Positions 1 to 9,779 of a stretch of 64,000 nt of DNA are shown here, one piece after another (positions within the stretch are counted from its first letter, which is position 1; every line of letters begins with the position of its first letter). The DNA comes from Chthonomonadales bacterium (lineage in GTDB: Bacteria; Armatimonadota; Chthonomonadetes; Chthonomonadales; CAJBBX01). The stretch spans positions 96,001 to 160,000 of the forward strand of contig JBBIPC010000001.1 in the NCBI GenBank assembly GCA_037443035.1, read 5' to 3'. The notes beneath the pieces were generated by a model. That model saw only the letters and a program-made list of their open reading frames with translations. It did no database searches and was not told the DNA's origin. Made by a program: the position numbers and the translations under genes.

Positions 1-1
1 G

Positions 2-97
2 CGCAATCATCGCGACAGCCACGATGAGTAGGATCAGCAGGATCTTGCGGCGGAGCATATCCTCCAATGTCTGCTTGGCAATGGCAAGAGTGACCAT
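2..97 (-). CDS. ABC transporter permease (N-terminal fragment, runs off window edge)
   Basis: ATG at 97 (minus), 2 nt after the ABC ATPase stop; MVTLAIAKQTLEDMLRRKILLILLIVAVAMIA resembles an ABC-2 permease N-terminus. Confidence 0.75.
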   Translation of the reverse strand, partial: MVTLAIAKQTLEDMLRRKILLILLIVAVAMIA

Positions 98-99
98 GG

Positions 100-1032
100 C
101 TAGCTTCCACTCTCCTTGAGCACTGTCTCGACGAACACTTCCTCGAGAGACCGTTTGTGAGGCACGACCGCTTGCACGGAGCCCTTGGCTCCCCGTATCA
201 GGTCCACGATGGCGTTCACATCCTTTGGATCGACGGAGGGGACGCGCTTAGCACCATTCTTGGATTCGCACGCGCCGGCGACTTGCTTGACTTTCTCCAC
301 CAGACCATCATCGCCACCTTCGAAGATGATCTCGACCTTGTCGCCGGCGGTAAGCTCATCCGTCCGCCCGGTCTTGAGGAGCCTGCCCTGATGAATGATG
401 GCTACACGGCTACAGGTGAGCTCCACGTCCGGCAACTGGTGGGAACTCAGGAACACCGTCTTGCCCCTTCGCCCTACATTGACGATGATCTCGCGCAACT
501 CCGCGTGCGCGATGGGGTCTAGCCCCGACGTCGGCTCATCCAAGAATAGGAGTTCCGGCTCGTTGATCAGTGCTTGGGCGATGCCGATGCGTTGCCGCAT
601 TCCCTTGGAATACCCGCGCAATGGACGTCGCCACGCCTGAGGATCCAGCAAGACGTCTTGCAGGGCCTTCTGGATGCGGCGAGATCGCTCGGGTTCACTG
701 ATACGGAACAGGCGAGCATAGAAATCCAGTAGATCCCAGCCGGTCATGCCCTCATAGAAATAAGCCTCTTCCGGCAGATAGCTGATCCGCGCTTTGACCT
801 CTATGTCGCCGATCGGCTTGCCCAGCACGGTAGCAGTTCCAGCCGTGGGAAAGATCAGCCCCAGAAGCATCTTGATGGTGGTAGTCTTACCTGCTCCGTT
901 CCGGCCGAGAAAACCGAAGACCTCGCCTTCCTCGACATCCAGACTGAGATTGTCCACAGCCCGGATCTCAGTCTTGGTCCATACGTCCAGATAGGTCTTT
1001 GTGAGGCCCTGGATGCTGACAGCAGCAGCCAT
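100..1032 (-). CDS. ABC transporter ATP-binding protein (ABC-2/exporter type)
   Basis: Walker A GRNGAGKTT, signature YSKGMRQR, Walker B LLFLDEP, H-loop SSH; SD AAGGAGG upstream. Confidence 0.95.
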   Translation of the reverse strand: MAAAVSIQGLTKTYLDVWTKTEIRAVDNLSLDVEEGEVFGFLGRNGAGKTTTIKMLLGLIFPTAGTATVLGKPIGDIEVKARISYLPEEAYFYEGMTGWDLLDFYARLFRISEPERSRRIQKALQDVLLDPQAWRRPLRGYSKGMRQRIGIAQALINEPELLFLDEPTSGLDPIAHAELREIIVNVGRRGKTVFLSSHQLPDVELTCSRVAIIHQGRLLKTGRTDELTAGDKVEIIFEGGDDGLVEKVKQVAGACESKNGAKRVPSVDPKDVNAIVDLIRGAKGSVQAVVPHKRSLEEVFVETVLKESGS

Positions 1033-1108
1033 TCAAGCGTCCTCCTTGGCACGCGTGCCTAAGTCACAACAAAGCGGGGCGTATCGCATCTGCGCCCCGC
1101 GCCAGTCG

Positions 1109-1138
1109 AGTATAGCGTTTCGCCGCATAGGGTGTCAA
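1109..1138 (-). promoter_or_regulatory. sigma70-type promoter for the ABC operon
   Basis: TTGACA (1138-1133), 18 nt spacer, TATACT (1114-1109) on minus strand. Confidence 0.7.
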
Positions 1139-1162
1139 CTTGCGCTCTGGTGCCGTATCTGG

Positions 1163-1171
1163 TGTTACAAT
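1163..1171 (+). promoter_or_regulatory. extended -10 promoter (TGnTACAAT) for the aspartyl protease gene
   Basis: TGTTACAAT ends 6 nt before ATG 1178; no SD. Confidence 0.55.
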
Positions 1172-1177
1172 ACCGCA

Positions 1178-2170
1178 ATGCGACGTCTCTATTGTTCCCG
1201 CCTTCACAAGCCACTGTTTGCGCTCCTCGCGACACTGACAGTGGTCGCGGGGTTCGCCGCTCCCCAGCGAGTCGATACCCGTATCTCGGACGGCTCCGTG
1301 CTACCGACTCGGGTGCCTTTCAAGCTGGAGCAGGGATGCATGGTTCTAGAGGCGCATCTCGGGTCGGGGCTTCCCATCAGATGCGTGCTCGATTCCGGTC
1401 TCGTGCCAGCTGTCATGGCTCCGGGCCTCGCTGAGGAACGGGGCATTCGCGGTAGCGGAGAGGCCGTTGTTCAGACGCCCCTAGGAGCGCTCCCTGGGCG
1501 CGCTGCAGGCACCGCTGCGTTGCGTTTGGGGGCAGTGACTGTGGAGGGAGTGCCGGTTACGATCGCCGACATGCGCACGTTTCTCTCTCCGTCGCGAGCC
1601 GAGACGCTACCGCAACTCTGGATGGGTGTCTCCGCCCTGGCGCCGGTCGGCGTGCTTCTGAACCCCGACGACTCCGTGCTCGTTCTCCTCGAGGCCGGTT
1701 CCGGTCCGCCGCGAGCGTTCCGAACAACGATGCTGGACGTCACGCCCCAGGGGATGCAGACCATGGTCAGTGTCAACGGCACTCCGGCGAAGCCTTGGAT
1801 TCTCAGCACAGGAACCCCCGGAACACTTGTGCCTGTGAGCATCGTCAAGGCCCAGGGGCTGCCAGTGGAGAACGAACGCGAGGTCCGCAACGCCGGAGGC
1901 GGTGTGCTGAAGATCGGCACCGTTACATTGAAGGAAATCAGCATGGGTCCGGTGAAGATTGAGGGTGTTCGTGCCGTAACGGTGTTATCGGGTCATGATA
2001 TGCCGACGGGAGTCGTTGGTATGGACGTGTTGTTACGCTACCAGCTCTATATCAACGTATCACGACGCATCCTTGGCTTCTTGGCTCGAAAAGAGGCGCG
2101 TACACCCAACACCGTGCCGCCAAGTGGCGATTCGCAGCGAGTTCCGGTTGGTGGCATCAGACGCCCATAG
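1178..2170 (+). CDS. secreted two-domain retropepsin-like (aspartyl protease family) protein
   Basis: Signal-like N-terminus; domain 1 VLDSG motif; domain 2 ILSTG and GVVGMDVL motifs. Start moved to ATG 1178 because the ORF-track start overlaps the ABC gene and promoters. Confidence 0.75.
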   Translation: MRRLYCSRLHKPLFALLATLTVVAGFAAPQRVDTRISDGSVLPTRVPFKLEQGCMVLEAHLGSGLPIRCVLDSGLVPAVMAPGLAEERGIRGSGEAVVQTPLGALPGRAAGTAALRLGAVTVEGVPVTIADMRTFLSPSRAETLPQLWMGVSALAPVGVLLNPDDSVLVLLEAGSGPPRAFRTTMLDVTPQGMQTMVSVNGTPAKPWILSTGTPGTLVPVSIVKAQGLPVENEREVRNAGGGVLKIGTVTLKEISMGPVKIEGVRAVTVLSGHDMPTGVVGMDVLLRYQLYINVSRRILGFLARKEARTPNTVPPSGDSQRVPVGGIRRP

Positions 2171-2208
2171 GTGCCAGCGCCAATTCTAGAAAGGAAGTAG
2201 CGCGACCG

Positions 2209-3162
2209 ATGAAACGATTGCTAGTATGTTTGCTGCTCATGTGCGCTGTCGCTCTGGTTGGCAGCACCGTTGCCGCACAGCAACAGAATCGTGCCACCAC
2301 CGGCAGCAAGGCCCGCCAGTCGAAAAGGACGGGCCAAAGCACCAAGAAGAAGGCGAAGACCTCCTCGAGTACGCGGTCGAAGACGAAAGCCGCGTCTGGT
2401 TCTGGCACGGCGAAGTCCGGGGCACAAAGCAAGTCCAGCGGCACGGCCGCCAAGGAACAGACCGGCGCGAAGACTGGTTCGGAAGCAACTAAGGCGGCCG
2501 AGAACGTCGAGAAACCGGTCAACTACGGCACCCTTCCCATCAAGAAGCTCTTCAACGGCAAAGACCTCAGTGGTTGGCGGCTTAGGCATGCCGACGGCAA
2601 GAACGCCTGGCAGGTTGTCAACGGAGTGCTCGCCAACACAGAACGTGGAACAGACCTCGTCAGCGAAGAGAAGTTCACCGACTTCGAGCTGCACCTCGAG
2701 GTAAACGTGCCGCAGGGAGGAAACAGCGGCGTGTACCTTCAGGGACGGTACGAGCTTCAAATCGCGGACTCGGCTGGCGCGACGGAGTTGACGAACTCCA
2801 TGATGGGCGCGATCTACAGCAAGGTGGCGCCGCGGGTGAACGCTGCCAAGCCTGCCGGTGAGTGGCAGACAGTGGATGTCCACTTCATGCAGGCCGTTCG
2901 GGATAAGACCGGCAAGATCGTTCTAAAGCCCATGGTAACCGTCATCCTCAACGACGAGATTGTCATTGACAGTGCCGAGATCGACGGCGTTACAGGCGGT
3001 GCGCTGGATGCGGAGGAGGGGACGCCGGGCCCATTGATGCTCCAAGGCGACCATACTGCCGTCCAGTACAGGAACATTCTCATCCGGCCTCTGCCGCCAC
3101 GCACAGTACCAGAGGCAGAACCGGAGGAGACGCCGGCATCCACTCCCCCGAACGGGAAGTGA
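2209..3162 (+). CDS. secreted DUF1080 (3-keto-disaccharide hydrolase-like) protein
   Basis: [33 protein letters not shown] motifs; signal peptide followed by a K/S/T/A-rich linker. Confidence 0.9.
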   Translation: MKRLLVCLLLMCAVALVGSTVAAQQQNRATTGSKARQSKRTGQSTKKKAKTSSSTRSKTKAASGSGTAKSGAQSKSSGTAAKEQTGAKTGSEATKAAENVEKPVNYGTLPIKKLFNGKDLSGWRLRHADGKNAWQVVNGVLANTERGTDLVSEEKFTDFELHLEVNVPQGGNSGVYLQGRYELQIADSAGATELTNSMMGAIYSKVAPRVNAAKPAGEWQTVDVHFMQAVRDKTGKIVLKPMVTVILNDEIVIDSAEIDGVTGGALDAEEGTPGPLMLQGDHTAVQYRNILIRPLPPRTVPEAEPEETPASTPPNGK

Positions 3163-3227
3163 CTCAGCCCCGGGGACGACGGCCGAACCCTCGGCTGCGT
3201 CCTTCAGGCAAGAAAGGACACCAGTCC

Positions 3228-3920
3228 ATGCGTACCAAGAGAAACCAGGCGTTCACCCTGATCGAACTGCTGGTTGTAATCGCCATTATCGGCATTCTCG
3301 CGGCCATGCTGTTCCCGGTTTTCGCTCAGGCACGCGAGAAGGCACGGGCCATCGTGTGCATTTCCAACATCAGTCAGCTCGGCAAGGCCATGGTAATGTA
3401 TTGGATGGACTACGACTCGCAGTCTCCCGTCCAAGAGCACCTGTACATCGAAGGCAATTGCCCCTTCTGGATGGATGCAGCCTACGGCGTACCGAACTGG
3501 TACAACGGCCCATATACGAACTGGGCGCGAGCCATCTTTCCCTATGTTCGCAACTTGGACGTGTACAGGTGTAGCTCGCATCGGGGCTGGACCCAGAACT
3601 CCGACTCGACACAGCCCGGGCTGAGCTACATCTTCAATGGCTTTGCAGCAGGCAGAAGCGATGCGGCAGCTCAGGACGCCTCCAATACGGTCCTCCTGTG
3701 GGACTACCGATACATGACCAGCTACGCCGTCGTGAATCCGGCGCCTCCGCTGCCTGGTTTGTGCACGGACCCTGGTTGCTACTGCTACTATGATGGCTGG
3801 TCGGCCCACAACCAACAGTTCAACGTCCTCTACTTCGACGGCCACGCGAAGAACATGCCTGAAGCTGTCCTGCGGGGTAATCTGTTCGGTCTTCCTCCGG
3901 GCAACGTCTTCAGTTTCTGA
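3228..3920 (+). CDS. prepilin-type N-terminal cleavage/methylation protein with H-X9-DG motif (DUF1559-like)
   Basis: [14 protein letters not shown]...[12 protein letters not shown]...C.SN; C-terminal [13 protein letters not shown]. Confidence 0.9.
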   Translation: MRTKRNQAFTLIELLVVIAIIGILAAMLFPVFAQAREKARAIVCISNISQLGKAMVMYWMDYDSQSPVQEHLYIEGNCPFWMDAAYGVPNWYNGPYTNWARAIFPYVRNLDVYRCSSHRGWTQNSDSTQPGLSYIFNGFAAGRSDAAAQDASNTVLLWDYRYMTSYAVVNPAPPLPGLCTDPGCYCYYDGWSAHNQQFNVLYFDGHAKNMPEAVLRGNLFGLPPGNVFSF

Positions 3921-3968
3921 GAGATGATCCGTATGCGGTTCCGACGGCGCGCGTAGGAGGTGGAACCG

Positions 3969-4787
3969 ATGAGCGGCCAACCAAAGTGGCGCCCGCCCGC
4001 GGAAGTTCGCGAGGGTGCTGAAGAAGTCAAGGCCAAGCTGCGGGAAGACCTGTCCCGCTGGGCGCGATTGCGGCGATTCGTGAGCCTGAAACCGGAGATC
4101 CCGTGTCTGGAGTGCGACGGCGCCGGCAAGATCCAGTGCGCCGCATGCCGTGGTACGGGCAAGTCAGCGATCGTAACGGAGACGGGCGAGCAGGAGCCCT
4201 GCCCGCACTGCGGAGGCCACGGTTCCATCACATGTGTGGACTGTGCCGGTCGTGGCGTGATTCCCAACCGTAACCGCAAGCCGCTTATCTGGATACTTGT
4301 TGCTGGCGGTGTCGCATGGGCGCTGATACTGTTCCAGCTTTGGGGTGGTGATATCCTGCCGGAGCAGCGGGCAGCGGTGCTGCAGCGGGGCGAGCATGGA
4401 CGGTCTGTCGTGGCGCCGCCACAGAGGGCAGGTGGTGGCGTCGGAGTGGCAATCCCGCGGACACAGGGAGGAGGCTCCACCAACCCGGTCGCGCCTGCTG
4501 GAGGTGTTACGTATCGGCCGGTGCCACCTGCCGGTTCTGGGGCGGGAGGTGGAGCCCAAGGGGCACAGCCGTGGCAGCAGGGCTATGTTCCTGGTGACAA
4601 CGCTTCCGGCACCCTGCATGGCAACTCCGTTCCGAGTTCAAGTGGGTTCGCCCAGCCGCCCGGCCCGTACGGCGGTGTACCTCGAGCCGGTTATGGGGCG
4701 ACCGGCGCCGTGCCGGGTTCGGGAATGGGTGGTCCCATGGGAGGTGGGAACAGCCTGCCTACCCGGCCGGGCAGCTACGGCCGGTAG
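3969..4787 (+). CDS. membrane protein with DnaJ-type zinc finger (4x CxxCxGxG) and Gly/Pro-rich tail, no J-domain
   Basis: CLECDGAG, CAACRGTG, CPHCGGHG, CVDCAGRG; one TM helix; SD AGGAGG 8 nt before ATG 3969. Confidence 0.8.
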   Translation: MSGQPKWRPPAEVREGAEEVKAKLREDLSRWARLRRFVSLKPEIPCLECDGAGKIQCAACRGTGKSAIVTETGEQEPCPHCGGHGSITCVDCAGRGVIPNRNRKPLIWILVAGGVAWALILFQLWGGDILPEQRAAVLQRGEHGRSVVAPPQRAGGGVGVAIPRTQGGGSTNPVAPAGGVTYRPVPPAGSGAGGGAQGAQPWQQGYVPGDNASGTLHGNSVPSSSGFAQPPGPYGGVPRAGYGATGAVPGSGMGGPMGGGNSLPTRPGSYGR

Positions 4788-5001
4788 CCCCCTTCACACA
4801 ACATACAAGTACAAGCGTCCGGCGTGGGGTATAATCACCGGCGACGGCCAGCGAGCTGTCGCCGGGATGCCGTTGCAAGTGGACGTGCTTCCACGGCTTA
4901 TCTCAACATCTGCCAACAAGTGCTGACGTACGGGTGCGTCGGCGTGTTGAGAACAATAACGGGACGCCCTATGTGGGAGTCCTTGTTGAGAGGAGCCATG
5001 C

Positions 5002-6405
5002 ATGACCAGTGAAGCTGCGGCTTCGCCACCTTCCAGTCTGGCCCGCTGGAAGGTGCTGATCGGGGCCATCGTCGTCCAACTGATCCTCGGAACCGTCTAC
5101 GGATACAGCATCTTCTGGCAGCCCCTCGAAGAAAGACTCTATCCTCGGGACTTCATCTCCCAGTCCGAACAGACGAAGCTCGTAAGCGCGGGCAAGGAGG
5201 TCCCGCGCGGGGTTGTCGTTCTTCCTGACGACGCAGCGAAGAAACGCCACGACGAACGGCAGGCGCCACTCAAGTATGCTTTCGCCGTGGCGATTCTCTC
5301 CTTCGCTCTCTTCATGGTTCCCGCGGGTCGCCTGCAAGATGCGAGGGGCCCCAGGCTCCCCGCTCTCATTGGAGGAATACTTCTGGGAATCGCATTCCTC
5401 GTGGAAGGGGCTGTGTTGTCGACGGGTGTGGTGCAGGGTGTGGGAGCCAATACCGTCGTCCTCCTGTTGACCGTCGGCCTCATGGCCGGCGCGGGTATCG
5501 GCTTCGCCTACGTCTGTCCCATTGCAGCCCTTGTCAAGTGGTTTCCGCAAGCCAAGGGCCTCGTCTCGGGACTTGCGGTGGCTGGCTTCGGCTTTGGCGC
5601 TTACCTATACAGCAACAAGGACCTGCCGTTCGGCGGGAGCGTCTTCTTGCGGGAACACGGGGTCGCTACGTTTTTCCTCGTGCACGGAACGGTCGCCCTC
5701 GTTGCCGTTCTCATCGGGGCCCTGATGTTGAGCAATCCGCCCGGGACACCGCCCAAAGCACCTGCGGAGAGCGAAGCGAAGGAGCTTCTTCGGAATCCTG
5801 GTTTCTACATGCTATGGGTGATGTTCTTTAGCGGAGCATTAGCGGGCCTAACGGTCATCGGTGTAGCGAAAGGTTTCGCGGGTGAACAGCTAATAGCGGC
5901 CGCAGCCGGATCACTAAGTGCGGACGATCGGAAGCGTCTCATGGAGCAGGGCGCGTTGGCGGTGGGTTCACTGGCGATCTTCAACGCTATCGGCCGAATC
6001 GTCTGGGGTACTCTGTCCGACCGAATCGGTCGGACGCTCGCGTTCGTCGCTATGTTCGCGTTTCAAGCGGTCATGATGTTCGTGCTGCCATCTCTCAGAG
6101 CGGAAACAGCCATTGCACTGGGTACCGGACTGGTGGGGTTCAACTTCGGAGGCAATTTCGCGCTGTTCCCATCGGCAACAGCGGATCTGTTCGGAGCCAA
6201 GAACCTCGGCGCGAATTATGCACTGGTGTTTACTTCGTATGGTGTGGCAGGTGTTGCAGGGATCTATGCCGCGAACACGGCCAAGGACCTAACCGGTAGC
6301 TACGCTGGAGCGTTCGCCGTCTGCGGGGTCCTATGCGTCCTGTCATGCCTGCTTGCCATAGCTCTCCACGTGTGGAGGACAAGGAACATTCCGGCGAGTG
6401 TATGA
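5002..6405 (+). CDS. OFA-family (oxalate/formate antiporter-like) MFS transporter
   Basis: GTVYGYSIF, KWFP..KGLVSGLAVAGFGFG, GRIVWGTLSDRIGR, FGAKNLGANY motifs; about 12 TM helices. Confidence 0.9.
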   Translation: MTSEAAASPPSSLARWKVLIGAIVVQLILGTVYGYSIFWQPLEERLYPRDFISQSEQTKLVSAGKEVPRGVVVLPDDAAKKRHDERQAPLKYAFAVAILSFALFMVPAGRLQDARGPRLPALIGGILLGIAFLVEGAVLSTGVVQGVGANTVVLLLTVGLMAGAGIGFAYVCPIAALVKWFPQAKGLVSGLAVAGFGFGAYLYSNKDLPFGGSVFLREHGVATFFLVHGTVALVAVLIGALMLSNPPGTPPKAPAESEAKELLRNPGFYMLWVMFFSGALAGLTVIGVAKGFAGEQLIAAAAGSLSADDRKRLMEQGALAVGSLAIFNAIGRIVWGTLSDRIGRTLAFVAMFAFQAVMMFVLPSLRAETAIALGTGLVGFNFGGNFALFPSATADLFGAKNLGANYALVFTSYGVAGVAGIYAANTAKDLTGSYAGAFAVCGVLCVLSCLLAIALHVWRTRNIPASV

Positions 6406-6551
6406 ACCGCCGAAATCTGAGCAACGCGCTGCGATGGTTGGATAGTGAGGGAGTGACCGGCATGTCGAACGTCGCAGCGGAGACATGTGCGAACGTACAA
6501 ACACTTGCGTGGGCAAGGAGCTCGCGCGACTGAATGGAGGTCAACCAGATA

Positions 6552-8513
6552 ATGTCAGAAGTGCCAAAGACCACCGAGAGCCTGCTTGCAGAGGCCCGGA
6601 CCTTTCCGCCGGATCCTGCGTTCACGGCGCAGGCCAACGCAGACGACCCGGCAATCTACGACCGAGCCAAAGCAGACCCCGAGGGGTTCTGGGCGTCTTT
6701 CGCAGAGGAACTGGACTGGTTCGAGAAGTGGACCAAGGTCCTGGAGTGGAACTGTCCTCACGCGCAATGGTTCGTGAACGGCAAGATCAACGTCTCGTAC
6801 AACTGCGTGGATCGCCATGCCAAGGGAGCGAAGAAGGACAAGGTCGCCATCATCTTCGAAGGCGAACCTGGTGACGTTCGCAAGCTTACCTATGGCGACC
6901 TATACGTCGAAGTGAACAAGTTCGCCAACGTGCTGCGGAGCCTGGGTGTCAAGAAGGGCGATCGCGTCGCCATCTACCTGCCGATGATCCCTGAGCTGCC
7001 CATTGCGATGTTGGCGTGCACGCGCATCGGCGCGCCACATTCGGTCGTCTTCGGTGGGTTCTCGACGGAGTCCCTGCGTGAGCGCGTTGTCGATTCCGGA
7101 GCGAAGGTGCTCATCACTGCAGATGGTGGCTGGCGACGCGGGAACGTCGTGCCGTTGAAGAAGACGTCCGACGAGGCGCTGCAAGAATGCCCGGAGGTGG
7201 AGAAAGTCGTCGTCGTCCAGCGGATCGGCGCCGAGAAGTGCCCCGTGCACATGGAGCCTGGCCGGGATGTGTGGTGGCACGAAGCGATGGCGGGCGCATC
7301 CGCGGAATGTGCACCGGAGAAGTGCGACGCAGAAGACACGCTGTTCATTCTCTACACTTCTGGGTCCACAGGCAAGCCGAAGGGCATCCAGCACACTACT
7401 GGCGGCTACCTTACTGGCGTCTACGCTACAACGAAGCTCATCTTTGACCTCAAGGATAACGACATCTTCTGGTGCACAGCGGATGTGGGCTGGGTCACGG
7501 GTCATTCCTACATCGTCTATGGCCCCCTAGCCAACGGTGCGACTGTGGTCATGTACGAGGGTTCGCCGGACACACCGGGCCGTGACCGGTTCTGGCGGAT
7601 TATCGAGAAGCACAAGGTAACGGTGTTCTACACCGCACCGACGGCCATCCGCACGTTCATGAAGTGGGGCGATGATCTGCCGAAGGCTTGTGACCTCTCG
7701 TCGCTGCGACTAATGGGGTCTGTGGGTGAGCCGATCAACCCAGAGGCATGGCTCTGGTATCACAGCGTGATCGGCGGTGGCAAGCTCCCCATTGTAGACA
7801 CATGGTGGCAGACCGAGACCGGTCACATCATGATCAGTCCGCTGCCCGGCCTCGTTGCGCTCAAACCCGGTTCTGCGACGCGGCCGTTCCCAGGTATCGC
7901 AGCAGAAGTCGTAGATGATGCCGGAAATCCGATGCCTGCGGGACAGAAGGGCTATCTGGTTGTCACGCAGCCGTGGCCTGGAATGTTGAGAACTCTCTGG
8001 AAGGACGACGCCCGCTACCAGCAGGTCTATTGGAGCCGGTTCCCTGGACGCTACTTGACGGGCGACGGTGCCGTGCGCGATGAGGATGGCTACTTCTGGC
8101 TCATGGGACGTGTGGACGACATCATGCTGGTGGCAGGCCACAACATCAGCACGATGGAGCTGGAGAGCGCCTTGGTCGAGCATCCTGCGGTGGCCGAGGC
8201 TGCAGTGATCGGCAAGTCCCACGATGTGAAGGGACAGTCCCCTGTGGCGTTCGTCATCGTTCGTGAAGGCTACCATGGTGACGACGCTCTCGCGGCGGAG
8301 CTGAAGAAGTTCGTGGGTAACAAGCTGGGACCCGTCTGTCGTCCCGACGACATCATCTTCACGGCAGACCTTCCGAAAACGCGTAGCGGCAAGATCATGC
8401 GGCGCTTGCTTCGCGACATCGCGGAAGGCCGCGTTCTCGGCGATACGACAACCCTGGCGGATCCCCATGTCGTTGCGAGTCTGAAGGACAAGTACTCCAG
8501 CGACGAAGGCTAG
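6552..8513 (+). CDS. acs: acetyl-CoA synthetase (AMP-forming)
   Basis: [31 protein letters not shown] motifs; alternative start 6534. Confidence 0.97.
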   Translation: MSEVPKTTESLLAEARTFPPDPAFTAQANADDPAIYDRAKADPEGFWASFAEELDWFEKWTKVLEWNCPHAQWFVNGKINVSYNCVDRHAKGAKKDKVAIIFEGEPGDVRKLTYGDLYVEVNKFANVLRSLGVKKGDRVAIYLPMIPELPIAMLACTRIGAPHSVVFGGFSTESLRERVVDSGAKVLITADGGWRRGNVVPLKKTSDEALQECPEVEKVVVVQRIGAEKCPVHMEPGRDVWWHEAMAGASAECAPEKCDAEDTLFILYTSGSTGKPKGIQHTTGGYLTGVYATTKLIFDLKDNDIFWCTADVGWVTGHSYIVYGPLANGATVVMYEGSPDTPGRDRFWRIIEKHKVTVFYTAPTAIRTFMKWGDDLPKACDLSSLRLMGSVGEPINPEAWLWYHSVIGGGKLPIVDTWWQTETGHIMISPLPGLVALKPGSATRPFPGIAAEVVDDAGNPMPAGQKGYLVVTQPWPGMLRTLWKDDARYQQVYWSRFPGRYLTGDGAVRDEDGYFWLMGRVDDIMLVAGHNISTMELESALVEHPAVAEAAVIGKSHDVKGQSPVAFVIVREGYHGDDALAAELKKFVGNKLGPVCRPDDIIFTADLPKTRSGKIMRRLLRDIAEGRVLGDTTTLADPHVVASLKDKYSSDEG

Positions 8514-8523
8514 GTCGAAGGTC

Positions 8524-8562
8524 ACTGGGCAGTCTCGAGAGGTTGACGCGAGGCTGCCCAGT
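8524..8562 (+). terminator. stem-loop downstream of acs (terminator or mRNA stabiliser)
   Basis: actgggcagtctcg / cgaggctgcccagt, 14-bp stem with one G-U; weak U tail. Confidence 0.5.
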
Positions 8563-8628
8563 TGTCCAATGCAGAGACGGCGAGCCAACGGCGGGCAATC
8601 GCCGTCTCGTTCGTAAGGAGGACACGCA

Positions 8629-9654
8629 GTGTACGTTACACGCATTCAAATCGCCGCACGTTCCATTTTGGGGCTAGTTGCCGTATTCGTCGGCACGACT
8701 GTTGCCTATGCCGCGGATGCACCAGCGGCCAAGCCGTGGTACGAGCGCATCACCGTCAAGGGGTACGTCCAGGTCGACGCGATCTTCCCTCAGGGCAACG
8801 CGGTTCAGGGCCCGTACTCCAACTTCAGGATTCGCAGGGCGAGGCCCACCATCATCGCGCCCCTTGATGATCTCACCAGAGTCCAGGTCCAGGTAGATGC
8901 CGGGAGTGGCAAAGCGGGCTCAGGCCAGTCCACCGTGATCGTTACGGACACATTCGCGGAACGCAGTATCCAGGGGCTCGGCTTAGTACGTGTCGGCCAG
9001 TACTTGCTACCGTTCGGATCGGAGATATACGAGGACAACGCGGCCCTCCGGTCGCCCCTCGAGCTGTCCTTTGCTGCCGAGAGCATAGCGCTCGCAGAGC
9101 GCGACATCGGCATTACGCTCCAGTCCTCACCCAATCCGGCAGATCGAACCCACTGGGCGGTTGCCGTCTTCAATGGTCAAGGCTTTCGGTCTGCTGACGG
9201 CAACGCGAACAAGACCATTGTCGGTCGAATCGCCCAGGACCTATGTCCTGAGGTGAGAGTGGGCGTCTCTGGAATTCTTGGCAGCTACACGGCGGTAGAC
9301 AAGAAAGAATACGACAGGCACGTGCTCGGTGTCGAGCTGCACGCGAAGACGGGTTCGGCCGGCAAGCTAACTGGCGAGTTCTACAATGCGCGCTTTGTAA
9401 ACAGCACGACATCGGCCACGCCGTCTGCCGCTAGGTTCAACGGGGGATACCTTCTCTTCGAAGGAAACGTACCATCTCTCAAGAGCTTTCCGTTCGTTCG
9501 GTACCAGCGCACCTATGGCGACATCGAGTATCGGTCCATTGATATCGGTTGGCGTTACCAGTACTCGCCCAATCAGCGCCTTGTCGCCGAGTACGATTTC
9601 GTCAAGGGGCACCAGAGGGACAGCTTTGGCGTCCGCTGGCAGTTGGGGTTCTAG
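8629..9654 (+). CDS. outer-membrane porin, OprO/OprP-like
   Basis: Signal peptide; FRIRRAR, RVGQY.LPFG.E, RDIG, AVFNG motifs; amphipathic beta strands; C-terminal Phe (WQLGF). Confidence 0.8.
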   Translation: MYVTRIQIAARSILGLVAVFVGTTVAYAADAPAAKPWYERITVKGYVQVDAIFPQGNAVQGPYSNFRIRRARPTIIAPLDDLTRVQVQVDAGSGKAGSGQSTVIVTDTFAERSIQGLGLVRVGQYLLPFGSEIYEDNAALRSPLELSFAAESIALAERDIGITLQSSPNPADRTHWAVAVFNGQGFRSADGNANKTIVGRIAQDLCPEVRVGVSGILGSYTAVDKKEYDRHVLGVELHAKTGSAGKLTGEFYNARFVNSTTSATPSAARFNGGYLLFEGNVPSLKSFPFVRYQRTYGDIEYRSIDIGWRYQYSPNQRLVAEYDFVKGHQRDSFGVRWQLGF

Positions 9655-9779
9655 CCTGCTAGATACCTGCTCAGTGGTGGGTGCAGGCCGCTGTGTGAAG
9701 AACGTGGTGGAGACGTGGTGCCAGTCTGGCGATGAGCGTTGGGCCGGGCTGGCACCCGCGTCTGCGTTGGATCAGTGCC

